A stretch of 64,000 nucleotides of DNA from Eledone cirrhosa (taxonomy: Eukaryota). The stretch spans positions 120,838,001 through 120,902,000 of the forward strand of contig OZ024741.1 in NCBI GenBank assembly GCA_964016885.1, read 5' to 3'. Shown here piece by piece: positions 1-11,405 of this stretch (positions are counted from its first letter, which is position 1; the number at the start of each line of letters is the position of its first letter). The position numbers and the translations under genes are program-made. The notes below the pieces were generated by a model, which searched no databases, was not told where the DNA came from, and saw nothing but the letters and a program-made list of their open reading frames with translations.

Positions 1-56
1 CTTTGCAATTATTGGGACCTGGGTTTGATTCCACTTCATTTATCACAGCCTCAGGT

Positions 57-330
57 TAAAGGCATGTGGCCTAGTGCTAAGGGTGTTGGACTTACGATCG
101 TAATGTTTTGGGTTCGATTCCTGGGGTGGGTTGCATATTGTGTTCTTGAGCAAAACACTTCATTTCACATTACCCCAGTATACTCAGCTGAAAATGAGTA
201 CCAGCAATAGCTGGGGGTTTAACCCTGCGATGTACTGGCGTCCCGCCCAGCAGGGAGTCTTGTACTCTCAGTTGCTTCATGCCATGAAACCAGAATAAGC
301 ACCGGCTCAGCGCACTGCTTGCAGTGCATG
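57..330 (+). mobile_element. tRNA-derived SINE with CORE-like central block
   Basis: A-box-like TGGCCTAGTGCT and B-box GGTTCGATTCC, then TGTTCTTGAGCAAAACACTT...CTCAGCTGAAAATGAG resembling the CORE-SINE block. Related copies at ~8946, ~13670-13970(-), ~17574-17968(-) and ~39620. Confidence 0.6.
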
Positions 331-423
331 AGGGCATGTATGCAGGTTGACCCATGCTATGCGAGTGATATAGGGTAGATGGGAAATTGCTTGGAAGCCC
401 ATTGGAAGGACTGTATTTATAAT

Positions 424-735
424 TCAAAGGGCCAGCCTTGTCACACACTATGTTATGTTGAATCTCCCTGAGAATTAGCTTAAGGGTTTGTGTTTGTGGA
501 ATGCTCAGCCATTTACACCTTAATTTCATGAACAGGGGAAGTTTGTCAGATGGACTCTGCACCTGTGATTCAAAGGGCCAACTTTGTCACACACACTGTC
601 ATGTTGAATCTCCATGTGAATTAGCTTAAGAGTTCATGTGTTTGTGGAATGCTCAGCCATATACACGTTAATTTCATGAGTAGGCCGTACTGTTGATGGA
701 ATAATTAGAACACTCATTATTGAAACTGATGGAGG
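424..735 (+). repeat. Two tandem ~145-bp copies of a SINE 3' body
   Basis: TCAAAGGGCCARC..TTGTCACACAC...GAATCTCC...GTGGAATGCTCAGCCAT occurs at ~424 and ~570. Reverse-strand homologues at ~13670-13850 and ~62030-62540. Confidence 0.55.
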
Positions 736-879
736 ACCATTCCTGTCTTCTACCTCGTTTATCATTGTCATCATCATGATCGTCATTTTATGTCCACTTT
801 TCATGCTGGAATAGGTTGGACAGGGGGTGGTGGCACTGTCTGAAACCAGGTGAGTCAGATCACTTCATTTTCCTCTTCA

Positions 880-2520
880 CTCACTTATTCCTGAGAGGGT
901 CATGGGAGCAGAGTCTTTAAACACTCCTTCCAGTGGGTCCTGTAAGAAGCAACTGTCTCCAATTGATTCAGCTGGATCCCCAAATAGGACCAGCTGAGCT
1001 CTTGGGTGTTATCTAACTATCTTGCTCGGGGTCTGCCCCTGGGTCTCCTGCTAGCTGGTTTTGCCCGTAAAATCTGTCCAGTGATTCTTTCCTGAGACAT
1101 TCTAACCACATGCCTGTCATATTGGCGCTTTGAATTCTCAATTCAAAGAAGTAGCGGCTCTACCTAGAGCAACTATCTGATCTCCGAGTTATGCACTCTA
1201 TCAATTAATGTTACTCCAAAGACCCTTCGGAGGAACCCCCCATTTTGGCCGCTTGTATTCGCGATCATATTCTTTTGGTCATTACCCAAATTCATTACCA
1301 TAAGTATGGGTTGGCAAGAATAGCGAGTTTGACTTTTACACCTGCCTCCCCTTTTATGATTACTGAATGCTGAAGCTGGTGCATTACTGCACCAGCTCCT
1401 GCAATTCTTGCACTCAGTTCAGCCTCCTGCCTTTCATCACTCATGAACATGGCCTTTAGATACTTGAACTTCTCCACCTGCTTCAGTGGAACCCCATTCA
1501 GAGTTAGAGTGCACTGTGCAGGCTTCCTTGAGAGGATTACTGTCTCAGTTTTTGCTGCACCGATTTTCATTATAGCCATACAGCACTCGGCATCAAATCT
1601 ATCAAGTGCATATCAAAGATCACTTTCTGTCAAGTTAAATAACACCATGCCGTCTGCAAATTCCAGCCGAGTGATTTTACACCTGTGAGTTGTACCACTT
1701 TTAACCTGGCTGTGCATATCAATACTGTTCATGAAAATAATGAACAGGAGAGGTGATAGTACGTACCCTTGGCGGAGTCCAACACTCACATTGAATGGCT
1801 TCAGTTCAGCACCATTTATCTGAACACAAATATTTGGGCATTCACATAGAGAGATCAGGGCAACAAGAAGATGACCATCGATCTCATATTCCTGCAGCAC
1901 CTTTCACAACAGGTTCTGTAGAACATGGTCATATGCCTTTTTGAGGTCTACAAAGTAAGAATACATCTCTTGGCAGTACTCTTACAATTCCTCTAAGACC
2001 TGCTGTGGTGAGAATATTTTGTCAGATGTGCTGCGTCTGGTGTGAAAACCACATTGTTCATCATCTAACTTGGACTCGACAATCTCCCTACATTTCTTTG
2101 CCAGACACTTAACATAGACTTTACTGGGGAGGCTTAACAATGAGATGCTCTATAATTGGAGCAATCTCTCTTGTCTCCTTTTTGGAAAATTGGGATTGTA
2201 CTCTTGATTGCCATTGCTTAGGTGCCTTTTCAGAGATTCAGGCCACCTGACACACGTGTCAGCCAGAGAATACCATCTTTATTTAAGGCTTTTAACATCT
2301 CAGGCCGAATTTCATCCTACCCAGTACATCAGATGTTGTGATTGGGTTTAGGAAATCAGCAAAGTATTCTCTCTGAAGAGAGGAAAATCCCAGATGCATT
2401 CCTGATAACAGGTGTAGAGGAGGACTTCTTATGAGGTTAGTGGATGGTCTGCCAGAGCATTTCAGTTGCTGATCTGATCTGAAGTTGGATTTTACCTTAA
2501 CCCCACAGTCCACCTATGCC
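880..2520 (-). pseudogene. Decayed Rex3/Expander-like RTE-clade LINE fragment (RT and C-terminus)
   Basis: Broken ORFs carry VGLRQGYVLSPLLF, LEFADG (degenerate YADD), KQVEKFKYL and ARIAGAGAVMHQL...VKLAI, with multiple stops and frameshifts. Confidence 0.75.
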
Positions 2521-2579
2521 TTTACTGTTTCGGCTGTGACTTGTCATGCCTGCTTGTACCTCATGTGCAAGAAGGACTT

Positions 2580-2695
2580 ATTTCCACCATCACCATCAAC
2601 ATCACCACCACCAGCATCATCATGATCATCACCATCACCAACATCATCATGATCATCACCATCACCAGCATCATTATCACCACCACCATTCCACC
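2580..2695. repeat. (CAT/CAC)n trinucleotide microsatellite
   Basis: Seen directly. Similar tracts at 4855-5015, 36715-36890, 42440-42550 and 56075-56440. Confidence 0.9.
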
Positions 2696-3140
2696 CCCTC
2701 CCTTGCTGGCATGGATCGAGTTCTTTTGATTACACCCCCCCCCCCCCCCAAAAAAAAAAACACCTCTGATTAATATTAACCTCTTCATTACAATTTTTTC
2801 TAATGAAATATGCTGCCTATGAATTTCAGTTAATTTTTATAATAATAAAAAATTTGAGGGATTTAGTAAAAAAACAAACAACCAAATATCTCATTATTAA
2901 GTTATTTAGAATAGTTCTAAACGAAAGTTTCTTCTAAAAAAATTATAGTGGCTATTTTAACAGGGCTGGACTTACACCTGCTGAGGCCCTAAGCTATATG
3001 AATTTGAGGCCCTTTTCTAAAAGAATTTGGGTAAAAAAAATTTGAATCAATTTGTTTCTTTTTGGAAGAAAGTCTTTCAAATTTAATGTACCATACAGTT
3101 GTCAAAGTATTTTACAATTGTTGTCATTATTATTATCATT

Positions 3141-3330
3141 TTGGCAGTATCGGTAGAGGGTCGGACATGCTTTCCAGCATAGTTACGTCGCCTTACGATC
3201 TGAGTTCAAATCCTGCCGAGGTTAACTTTGCCTTTCATCCTTACGGGGTCGATAAAATAAAGTACCAGTAACGTACTGGGTAATTGCTGGCCTTGTGCCA
3301 AATGTAGAAACAATTATTATTATCATTATA
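3141..3330 (+). mobile_element. Dominant tRNA-derived SINE family (Meta-domain-like centre, (ATT)n tail)
   Basis: TGGCAGTATCGGTAGAG...GAGTTCAAATCC (A/B boxes), then GTTAACTTTGCCTTTCATCCTTACGGGGTCGATAAAATAAAGTACCAGT and GCTGGCCTTGTGCCAAA..TAGAAACAATTATT. Roughly 20 full or partial copies in the window. Confidence 0.8.
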
Positions 3331-3360
3331 ATTTTTTAGATTAATGTTAATGATAAATAA

Positions 3361-3406
<46 letters not shown>

Positions 3407-3436
3407 TTAATATAGAAATGGCTTCTACAGGACTAG

Positions 3437-3498
3437 AACTGTTTCATTCGGGAGAAATCATCAGGACTTCCTGATGATTTCTCCCGAATGAAACAGTT
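3437..3498. repeat. 30-bp perfect inverted repeat containing a hammerhead-like core
   Basis: AACTGTTTCATTCGGGAGAAATCATCAGGA-ct-TCCTGATGATTTCTCCCGAATGAAACAGTT, giving CTGATGA...GAAAC on both strands. Confidence 0.75.
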
Positions 3499-3705
3499 AA
3501 ATGTGTGTGTGTGTGTGTAAAATGGAAACAAATAACAGAAATAACAAAACAAATGTCCCAGTACAAGGAAGAAATATATTAGTTTAATGCTTGAAATAGC
3601 AGGAAGCAAGTTGTAACGTTTCGGACACTAGTCCTTCATCAGAAGATAGAGTTAGAAGCAGAAGATAAAACCCCACACCTGTGTAGTCAGTCAGCCATCT
3701 ATATA

Positions 3706-3739
<34 letters not shown>

Positions 3740-3898
3740 GTTTTTGATGATTTAGTGTTAAAGAATAAAAACTAATGATAAAATAAATATATCATTTAAA
3801 AAATGAGGCCTCCAAGTGTGTGTGGCCCTAAGCTACAACTTATTTAGCTGATAGGTAAGTCCAGCACTGAGTTTTAAATTCAAACATGAACACTTTAA

Positions 3899-4114
3899 CC
3901 CTTTAGCATTTGCATTACTCTATATTTACTATTGTATTTACTATGTAATTATATTACTATGTAATTATCTCACATAATATTGAGTCTATGAGATTTTGAT
4001 ATTTATTTTAAAAACAATACCTTAACATAAGTATGAGTGGCCAGTTACAGCCAGTTTTAACAGAAAGAGGTGAGAGAATTCTGGCTGGATATAGCCAGTT
4101 TAGATGCTAAAGGG
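3899..4114. mobile_element. piggyBac-type MITE (TTAA-flanked)
   Basis: TTAA|CCCTTTAGCAT ... ATGCTAAAGGG|TTAA. Same family at 35263-35476, 23589-24960 (interrupted), ~40643-40866 and ~11405-11552 (partial). Confidence 0.75.
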
Positions 4115-6369
4115 TTAAAAGAAACTGTTCTCTGTAATAGAAACAAGGTGATTTTAGGCATGTTGGAAGGACAGAACTAATTACTTACTGTATAGCAGTT
4201 TAGTTTAGCGCTCTACAATTTTTGCTGACGGAAAAACCTGATTACTATTGAGTAGTAGTCAGGTCAGGTCTGCCTGATACTGTTACCTTGTAACCCAGTA
4301 CAACCTGCTTCGTGGTCGAGTGGTCGGTGACTAAATTGGCTCCTCCACCAGACACTGGTCTAGTGAGGTGGGTAAGTGGAACCCCAATAGCACAAAAACC
4401 AAGAGATGTTAAAAGGGCGGATGAACTCTTCTGAGTCAACGGCCATCTATCTCTACTATGGGTTAAATAGCCTCACCAACCTTCAATTGGCCAAGTGTGG
4501 TGAGTATGGCTACATCCCTGAAGACATGATCAGAACCAAACAGAAAGTGGTAGAAGTCAACCAGGAAGGGGTTCCTCCAACAGGACTGAGAAAGTCCTGG
4601 ATTGGATTGGAGTAGCTAGGGAAATATGTGCTAGCTTTCTTGAATAAACTATGAAGAGAATATGTAGAAAATATCATGCAAATATTATTCGCATTGTAAC
4701 AACATATAGTATTTAGTACCGCACCCAGTGTAGTAGTAGATTGAAGTTTTCGTATTCATCAGTTATTTCATATTATATGATCTGTATGTGTGTGTGTGTG
4801 TGTGTATGTATGTAAAAGACATTTAAAGTATTTTGTCGCAAAATGTCAATTACAGTCATCATGATCATCACCATCATCACTGTTGTCATCATCATCACTG
4901 TTGTCATCATCATCACTGTTGTCATCATCATCACTGTTGTTATCGTCATTGTTGTCATCGTTATCATCATCACTGTCATCATCATCATCATCATCACTGT
5001 TGTCATCATCATTTGACTACAGTAGCAGACATCCACAATCATCCTCCACCATTCACAGCAGTTTTCATAATCAATTGTTGTCCCTTGTTTAGGTGATTAG
5101 CTCTGGCCATCACTATGATTTGAATCCCTTAGTGAGATTTGAACTCAGAGTGCAGAGAGCTGCAACAAATACTGCAAGGGCATCTTGTCTGATGTTTTAA
5201 CAATTCTGCTAATTCCACAAACCCTGGACTGGTACTTTGTATAATCAACATTGATCATCATCATCATCGTTTAACATCCACTTTCCACGCTAGCATGGGT
5301 TAGACAGGTTGTCCCATTTGAGGCAAGTTGGGTCAGGTAACCGTGTCTTGCTCAGTATAGGACTCTTTCTGGCTAGATTTCTACAGCTGGATGCCCTTCC
5401 TAATGCCAGCCACATTTACAGTGTGTGTGCTGGGGGCTTTTTGTCGTGACACCTACACGACCACTTTACAGTGTGGGCTGGATGCTTTTTGAGATACCAG
5501 CATAACTTTCAGTGCAAAGGTGGTGTGGATTGGAATGGGAGGGTGAGTGTAGGGGCATGGGGGTGATGCATATGAAGGGTGACAGTTGTATAAAAAGGTG
5601 CAGGGTGACACAATTAATATATTACTACATTACTATTATCTATATTATTGCTGTAGATAAAAAACTAAGTTGATTGTGGCAGGATTTAAACTCAGGATTT
5701 AACCATAGATTGGTACAATTTTTATTGACCCCACAGAAAAATGAAAGTCAAAACTGACCTTGGCAGGATTTGAACTTGGTGTGCAGAGAACTGGATCAAA
5801 TGCATGATGATACTCTATCTGATGTTCTTCCGACTCTAACAATTTACTGCCTTAACCATTTTCATTACCATATTTATAATAAAATACACTTATTTGAATT
5901 AATCAGTGAAGAATTTGGAGCGATTTACTAAAATTATTTTAATTATTAAGATTGTATTTCTAACATGACAAAAGGTTCTTATATAAAATTATGTTGGAAA
6001 TTTTGATTTAAATTGAAACCCTTTAAAATAGGCAGTTTTGTTCGATAGTAACAGAGGTGATTTTGGGTGGATTGATATCAAAAGAGTTAACTATAGTAGG
6101 CTGCAGGGACATTTTGCCTAGTTTCAAGAATTTTTTATCAAATGGCAACTGTGACATTAACGATATCAAATGTTCAATCTTCATCATCATTGTCACTGTC
6201 ATTGTTATCATCATCTACGTTGTTGGTGCTGTTGCCAACACCACCACCACCAAAACCACAACCACCACTGCCATGGATTGAATTGAATGGATGCTTATTT
6301 GCTTTACTACTAGAGATCAGTTGGAGGATCATATTTTGTTTGTATGTTTTGTCCCAGTTTTGGCATGGT

Positions 6370-6372
<3 letters not shown>

Positions 6373-6405
<33 letters not shown>

Positions 6406-7192
6406 GCCGTTTTACGTCCGTTCTGCCACGCTAGCATGGGTTAGACGGGTTGTCCTGTTGTGTGCAGTGTCTGGTCGGCTGACCATGCCTTGCTCATACA
6501 GGAACTGATTTGGCTTGATTTCTACAGCTGGATGCCCTTCCTAACACCAACCTCATTTACAGTAAATGCTGGGTGCTTTTTCGTGGCACCTACACGTCCA
6601 CTTTACAGTGTGGGCTGGGTGCTTTTTTGCCGTGGCACATCCACGACCACCTTGCGGTGGGGGGTGGGTGGGGGCATATTGTCTATATGCTTCAGCATGT
6701 ACCCATGGGAGGTCGGGTACTCTGTATTACTGCGTGACGCCAGAGGTCATGGTCGTGTGTCATTGCCTTTGAGAGGTGTAATTGGGTAAGGTCGGCTTTT
6801 ATCACCTCATCCTAGGTCATCTTGGGTCTCCCCACTCCGCGGTTTCCTTCGACTTCTAGTGCTCTGCACCTTTTTATGCAGCTGTCATCCTTCATACGCA
6901 TCACATGTCCATACCAGCGCAACCGCCTCTCCTGCACACAGCATTTGATTCCTCTTATGCTCAGTCTCTCTCTCAATTCATTTATGCTTTGTCGTTCACG
7001 TATATTACTGTTACACATCCATTGGAGCATGCAGGCTTCATTTCTCTCTAATCTACGTAAGTCTTCCACCTTCAGCGCCCAGGTCCCACTACCATGCAAC
7101 ATCGCTGTTCGGATACACGCATCATACAGTCTGCCTTTCATTCTGAGGGAGAAGCCTTTTGCAGCTAGCAGTGGTAGTAGTTCCCTAAACTT
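6373..7192 (-). mobile_element. 5'-truncated RTE LINE, subfamily B (3' end)
   Basis: Encodes KGRLYDACIRTAMLHGS..RRLRWYGHVMRM..GRPK. Near-identical to 51536-52333 and ends in a (GAT)n tail. Confidence 0.9.
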
Positions 7193-7511
7193 CTATGGTT
7201 GAATGTCTTTCTTCACACCAATGACTGTACAGAGTGTACTGGGTGCAGTTTATTGTGTCACCAATACTAGAGAGATTGTCAAGTTTTCCCCATGACTAAA
7301 AAGTCCTCTTTTAACTTATGTTCTTTTGATCAATCTCCAACTACTTTACAGATGAACTTGGGTACATTTTATTGTCACCAACTTCTACTATAACTCTCGT
7401 CACACACACAGTGGGCTTCCAGGCAGTTTCTGTCAACCAAGTTTCATTCACAATGTAAACTTCTTAACCAAGCAGCTATGGCTGCACCAATAAATAAAGT
7501 GAGAATAAAAA

Positions 7512-7705
7512 TAATTGTTTCTACTTTTGGCACAAGGCCAGCAATTACCCCAGTGTATTACTGGTGCTTTATTTTATCAACCCCGTAAGGATGAAAGGCA
7601 AAGTTAACCTCGGCGGGATTTGAACTCAGACTATAAAGGGCCATAACCCTTTGCTGCAAAGCATGGCGTCTGACCCTCTACCGATACTGCCAATCCACCG
7701 CCCTT
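7512..7705 (-). mobile_element. Full-length copy of the dominant SINE
   Basis: Reverse complement of the 3141 family including the head GGCGGTGGATTGGCAGTATCGG. Confidence 0.8.
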
Positions 7706-8339
7706 GACAATAAAAATAACAATGTTTTTCACAATGCTTTGTTTTGGAGATAGGCTCTTTGATAAATATTTAAACCAAATTTGGTTTCAGATAATTTTAT
7801 AACTAGTATCACACTATCATATCATTGTACCACCATGGCAAAGCAGCGCCTTAAGTATCTTTTTTTTTTTTACTATTTATTTCCTTCTGTAATTATATAT
7901 AAATCTATTATTAGCAAAATATCTGTAATTTCATTGTGTCTGCTCTATGTCTTATGCATTCCAAAAAAGGTTTGACATATAAAAATGCAACTGTTATGAA
8001 ATGCCATTCCCTCTAGACACCATTTCCAATGAGAGGAATATGTCAAAAGGACAACTTGCTATGTAAACCTCTGATATATCAGCACTCTGTGAAGGTGCCT
8101 GGCTTAGTGGCTAGGGTGGAATTGGGCTCTTCATTGTAAGATTGTGAGTTCAATTCCTGGACAAGTTGGTGCATTGGGTCCTTAAAATCAACTACTTTGC
8201 CTTTCATTCTTCCAAGGTCAATAAAATAAAAATAGCTGTGAAATGCTGGACTCAATATAAGCCACTATGGGTGATGAATTGTTACCATAGCCACTATGAT
8301 GAATTGAACTCCATATACCCCATAAATCAGCTAGGCACA

Positions 8340-8730
8340 TTAAACCATTATCTAGCCAGTATCTGGGAGATATGGGGTTCGATTCCTTGTAGCAGCGAAT
8401 GGTAACCTCATTTCCCATCTTTTAGGGTCTCCGTCCTATTTTATAAGCTATTTTATAGCATCTTTGTGCATGAACACACCGCTATACATATGTATTTGAT
8501 GTTAAGCTATTTAGTAGCATTTCCACATTTGAGCACACCCTTCTTTATAATAACTTTATCCCCTTAGCACTTCGTAAAAGTTTGAGAGATCAGCTACGTA
8601 CACCAAATACATGTTTCTCATTGATAACTTTGCTCCATTTATTGACTGAAAAAGGAAGTACCAAAAATGTTCTGTATTTTTAATTATCTATAGATGTACT
8701 TTATGCTACGTATATATATATGTACCTCTT
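8340..8730 (+). repeat. Dispersed repeat with B-box-like GGTTCGATTCC (possible further SINE family)
   Basis: Clearly homologous to 11565-11970 and partly to 11980-12050 plus 12222-12270. Confidence 0.55.
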
Positions 8731-8945
8731 TTGAATAAATTTTCAAATTTAGGTACAAAGTGCACAAAATAACTTTACTTGTTTTAAAGTGTGCTGTAAG
8801 TATAAGTTTGGGAACCACTGCTCTAATGCTTCTGTGTGTGTGTGTCTGTGTATGAGTATATATGTGTGTATGCATGTATATATGTATGTCTGTATGTATG
8901 TATGTATGTCTGCATTTATGTATAAATATAGATATAGTAATATAT

Positions 8946-9292
8946 GGAGGCACATGGCTTAGTGGTTAGAGCATTGGCCTTGTAATCGATAGGTTGTGAG
9001 TTCAATTCTCAGACCGGGTGATGTGTTGTTTCCTTAAACAAGACACTTTATTTCACATTGCTTCAGTTTACACAGCTGTAGAAATGAGATGATAGGGACT
9101 GGGGTCCCTATCATTCCACTGCAAAAGTGGTCGTGGAGGTGCCATGGCAAAAAAGCACCCAGCACTCACTGTAAATGAGGTTGGTGTTAGGAAGGGCATC
9201 CAGCTGTAGAAATCAAGCCAGAATCAGTTCCCGTCCCACCCTTGCAAGCAGGGAAAAGCGGACGTAAAATGATGATCATGATGATGATGATA
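8946..9292 (+). mobile_element. CORE-type SINE with RTE-derived 3' tail
   Basis: tRNA head TGGCTTAGTGGTTAGAGC..GAGTTCAATTC, CORE-like block, then a tail matching the RTE-B 3' UTR (GGTGTTAGGAAGGGCATCCAGCTGTAGAAATCAAGCCAG) and (GAT)n. Confidence 0.75.
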
Positions 9293-9977
9293 GTAATATA
9301 CGTGAACGGCAAAGCATAAATGAACTAACGGAAAAATTAGGAATAAGAGGGATCAGATGGTGTTTACTCGAGAGAAGACTACGTTGGTATGGTCACATAA
9401 TGCGCATGAAAGACGACAGCTGTATAAAAAAGTGCAGGGCGATCAAAATAGATGGAAGCTACGGAGTTGGAAGACCCAGAAAAATCTGGGACGATTTGAT
9501 AAATTCCGACCTTACACACTTACACCTCTCCAAGACAATGTCAGTGGACCGAGATCTTTGGCGCTACGCAGTAATACAGAAGAACCGCCTTGCCTAAGTA
9601 CAAAGCGAAACCTACAGTCAGTAGGCACCTCCTAACCAAAAATACACCCCCATACCACTACCCCTACCCCCACCCCCTTTCTCTGTAAAGTTATGTTGGT
9701 GCCACAACATCCAGTCCTAAATAAATGAGGTCGTGTAGGTGTCACGACAAAAAAACACACAGTCCACGCTGCAATGTGGCCGTGTAGGTAACACGGTAAA
9801 AACCTCCCAGTCCACACTGTAAATGTGGTTGGTGTTAGGAAAGGCATCCAGCTGTAGAAAACCCGCCAGACAGTCCTATACGAGCAAGACAACCAATCTT
9901 GCCTCACGTGGGACAATTGCTGTCTAAACCTATGCTAGCGTGGAAGATAGACGTTAAACGATGATGATGATGATGAT
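9293..9977 (+). mobile_element. 5'-truncated RTE LINE, subfamily A-like
   Basis: Encodes [37 protein letters not shown]. Its 3' UTR resembles 45661-46085 and it ends in a (GAT)n tail. Confidence 0.85.
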
Positions 9978-10879
9978 ATGTATGTATATCTGTATGAATG
10001 TATGTGTGTGTGTATATATGTATGGATGTATCTGCATATGTGTGTAGGTGTGTATATATGTATGTATGTTTGTATGTATATATATGAATGTTGTATATAT
10101 ATATATATATATGTATGTGTGTATATGTATGTATGTATTCGGTGGTCAATGGTAACAACATAAACCAGCCAATGATAAGTTGTCATGTTCTTTTATTTGC
10201 TCATTCTGCCTCTCTAACGTGTAGAAGTTAGGTGGATGTTGCTTCATGATTCCAGCAGAGGAGAGAATTGAAAAGTTGTTACTCTGAAGACTAGCAAGGG
10301 TAATGTGTCGAAAGGGCTATTCCAAATCACGGGGTTAATTCCTGTATAAGGCCAACTCTGTCTCAATGGCTGTGAGTAGTGAGGTGGTTTGTTGACCCAA
10401 GACACCAGAGGTTTCAACAGTTATAAGTTCAATAATAAACCAATTAGAAAGTCAAGCAGCTGATACTTCAACAGTTTAGTTGTGGTTTATTATCATTTAG
10501 TAAGACTTTTTTGAAGGTAGCGAATTGGTTGAGTCATTAGAATAACGGATAATATGCTTTGTGGTATTTTTTCGAATCCTGCCAGAGCCAACTTTGTCCT
10601 ATATCCTCTTGTATCAGTCCAGTACTGGGTTCGATTCTTCCCCTATATCTCTCTCACTTCTTCTCTGGAAGAAATCAGCTGTGTTGAGACCTGAAGATGA
10701 GATGGGCTCTGACAGATTTAAAATGCCCTAAGACATGATGTATGTTACTATGGAACCCCTAACTAAATATTGTGTACAGTGCTCAAGTGCACTACAACTC
10801 ATCAAAAGTGTATGTATAGTACATAGGGTAATGTACAAACGTCAGGAAAATGAACAGTGCATGAGTCATGATATAAACA

Positions 10880-11405
10880 TGTGTGCATGTGTATGGAAGG
10901 GGGACATCAGGTGTAGTTTTGGTGAATTTCGGGAAGCATGAGGGTTTTAAAGGATGCAGTGTCTCGGCAGCTAACAACTGACGCAGGTAGTTTGTTCCAT
11001 GCTTCAGCAACTCTAAGCGTGAAAAAATGTTTCCAAAAGTCATGGGAGCTGTGCTGTTTTCTGACTTTGTAGGCATGTCCACGTGTGTTAGACACATGGA
11101 GACCAAAAAGATGCTCAGGGTTGTTGTTGGCGAGATGGTTAATAACTTTGAGGGTGTTTACCAAGTCCATTGCCAGACGTCGGAGCTTCAATGAATCCAT
11201 GCCCAGGGAAGCAAGGCGTTCAGAGTATGGTAGGTGTCTGATGGAGGGTATGCGCTTGGTTGCACGTCTCTGAACAGTTTCCAGGAGGTCAATGTTCTGA
11301 GCAAGATAGAGTTCCAGACTGATGATGCGAATTCCAAATGTGGTCGTACCATAGCTGTATACAGCTTTAAATAGATGGCAGGAGAGCAGCTAACAAAGGT
11401 CTTGC
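10880..11405 (-). pseudogene. CR1-clade LINE 3' fragment
   Basis: LYTAMVRPHLEFASSVW, LRRLAMDL, NTRGHAYK and FFTLRVAEAWNKLP are typical CR1 ORF2 C-terminal motifs. Frameshifted and cut by a MITE at ~11405. Confidence 0.8.

Larger units (their letters stand above)
2961..3869. mobile_element. hAT-like MITE with nested SINE and Penelope-like fragments
   Basis: TIRs CAGGGCTGGACTTAC / GTAAGTCCAGCACTG. The 8-bp flanks TATTTTAA / AGTTTTAA match 6/8 (putative TSD). Subterminal GGCCCTAAGCTA is repeated. Confidence 0.6.

Noticed and set aside
8946-9020. tRNA genes
   Set aside because: The A/B boxes belong to SINE heads that run into CORE or Meta-like bodies. No complete cloverleaf was seen.
10283-10320. 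CTGAAGA...GTCGAAAG hammerhead-like string
   Set aside because: Stem II overlaps the core, and no convincing stem I or stem III could be paired.
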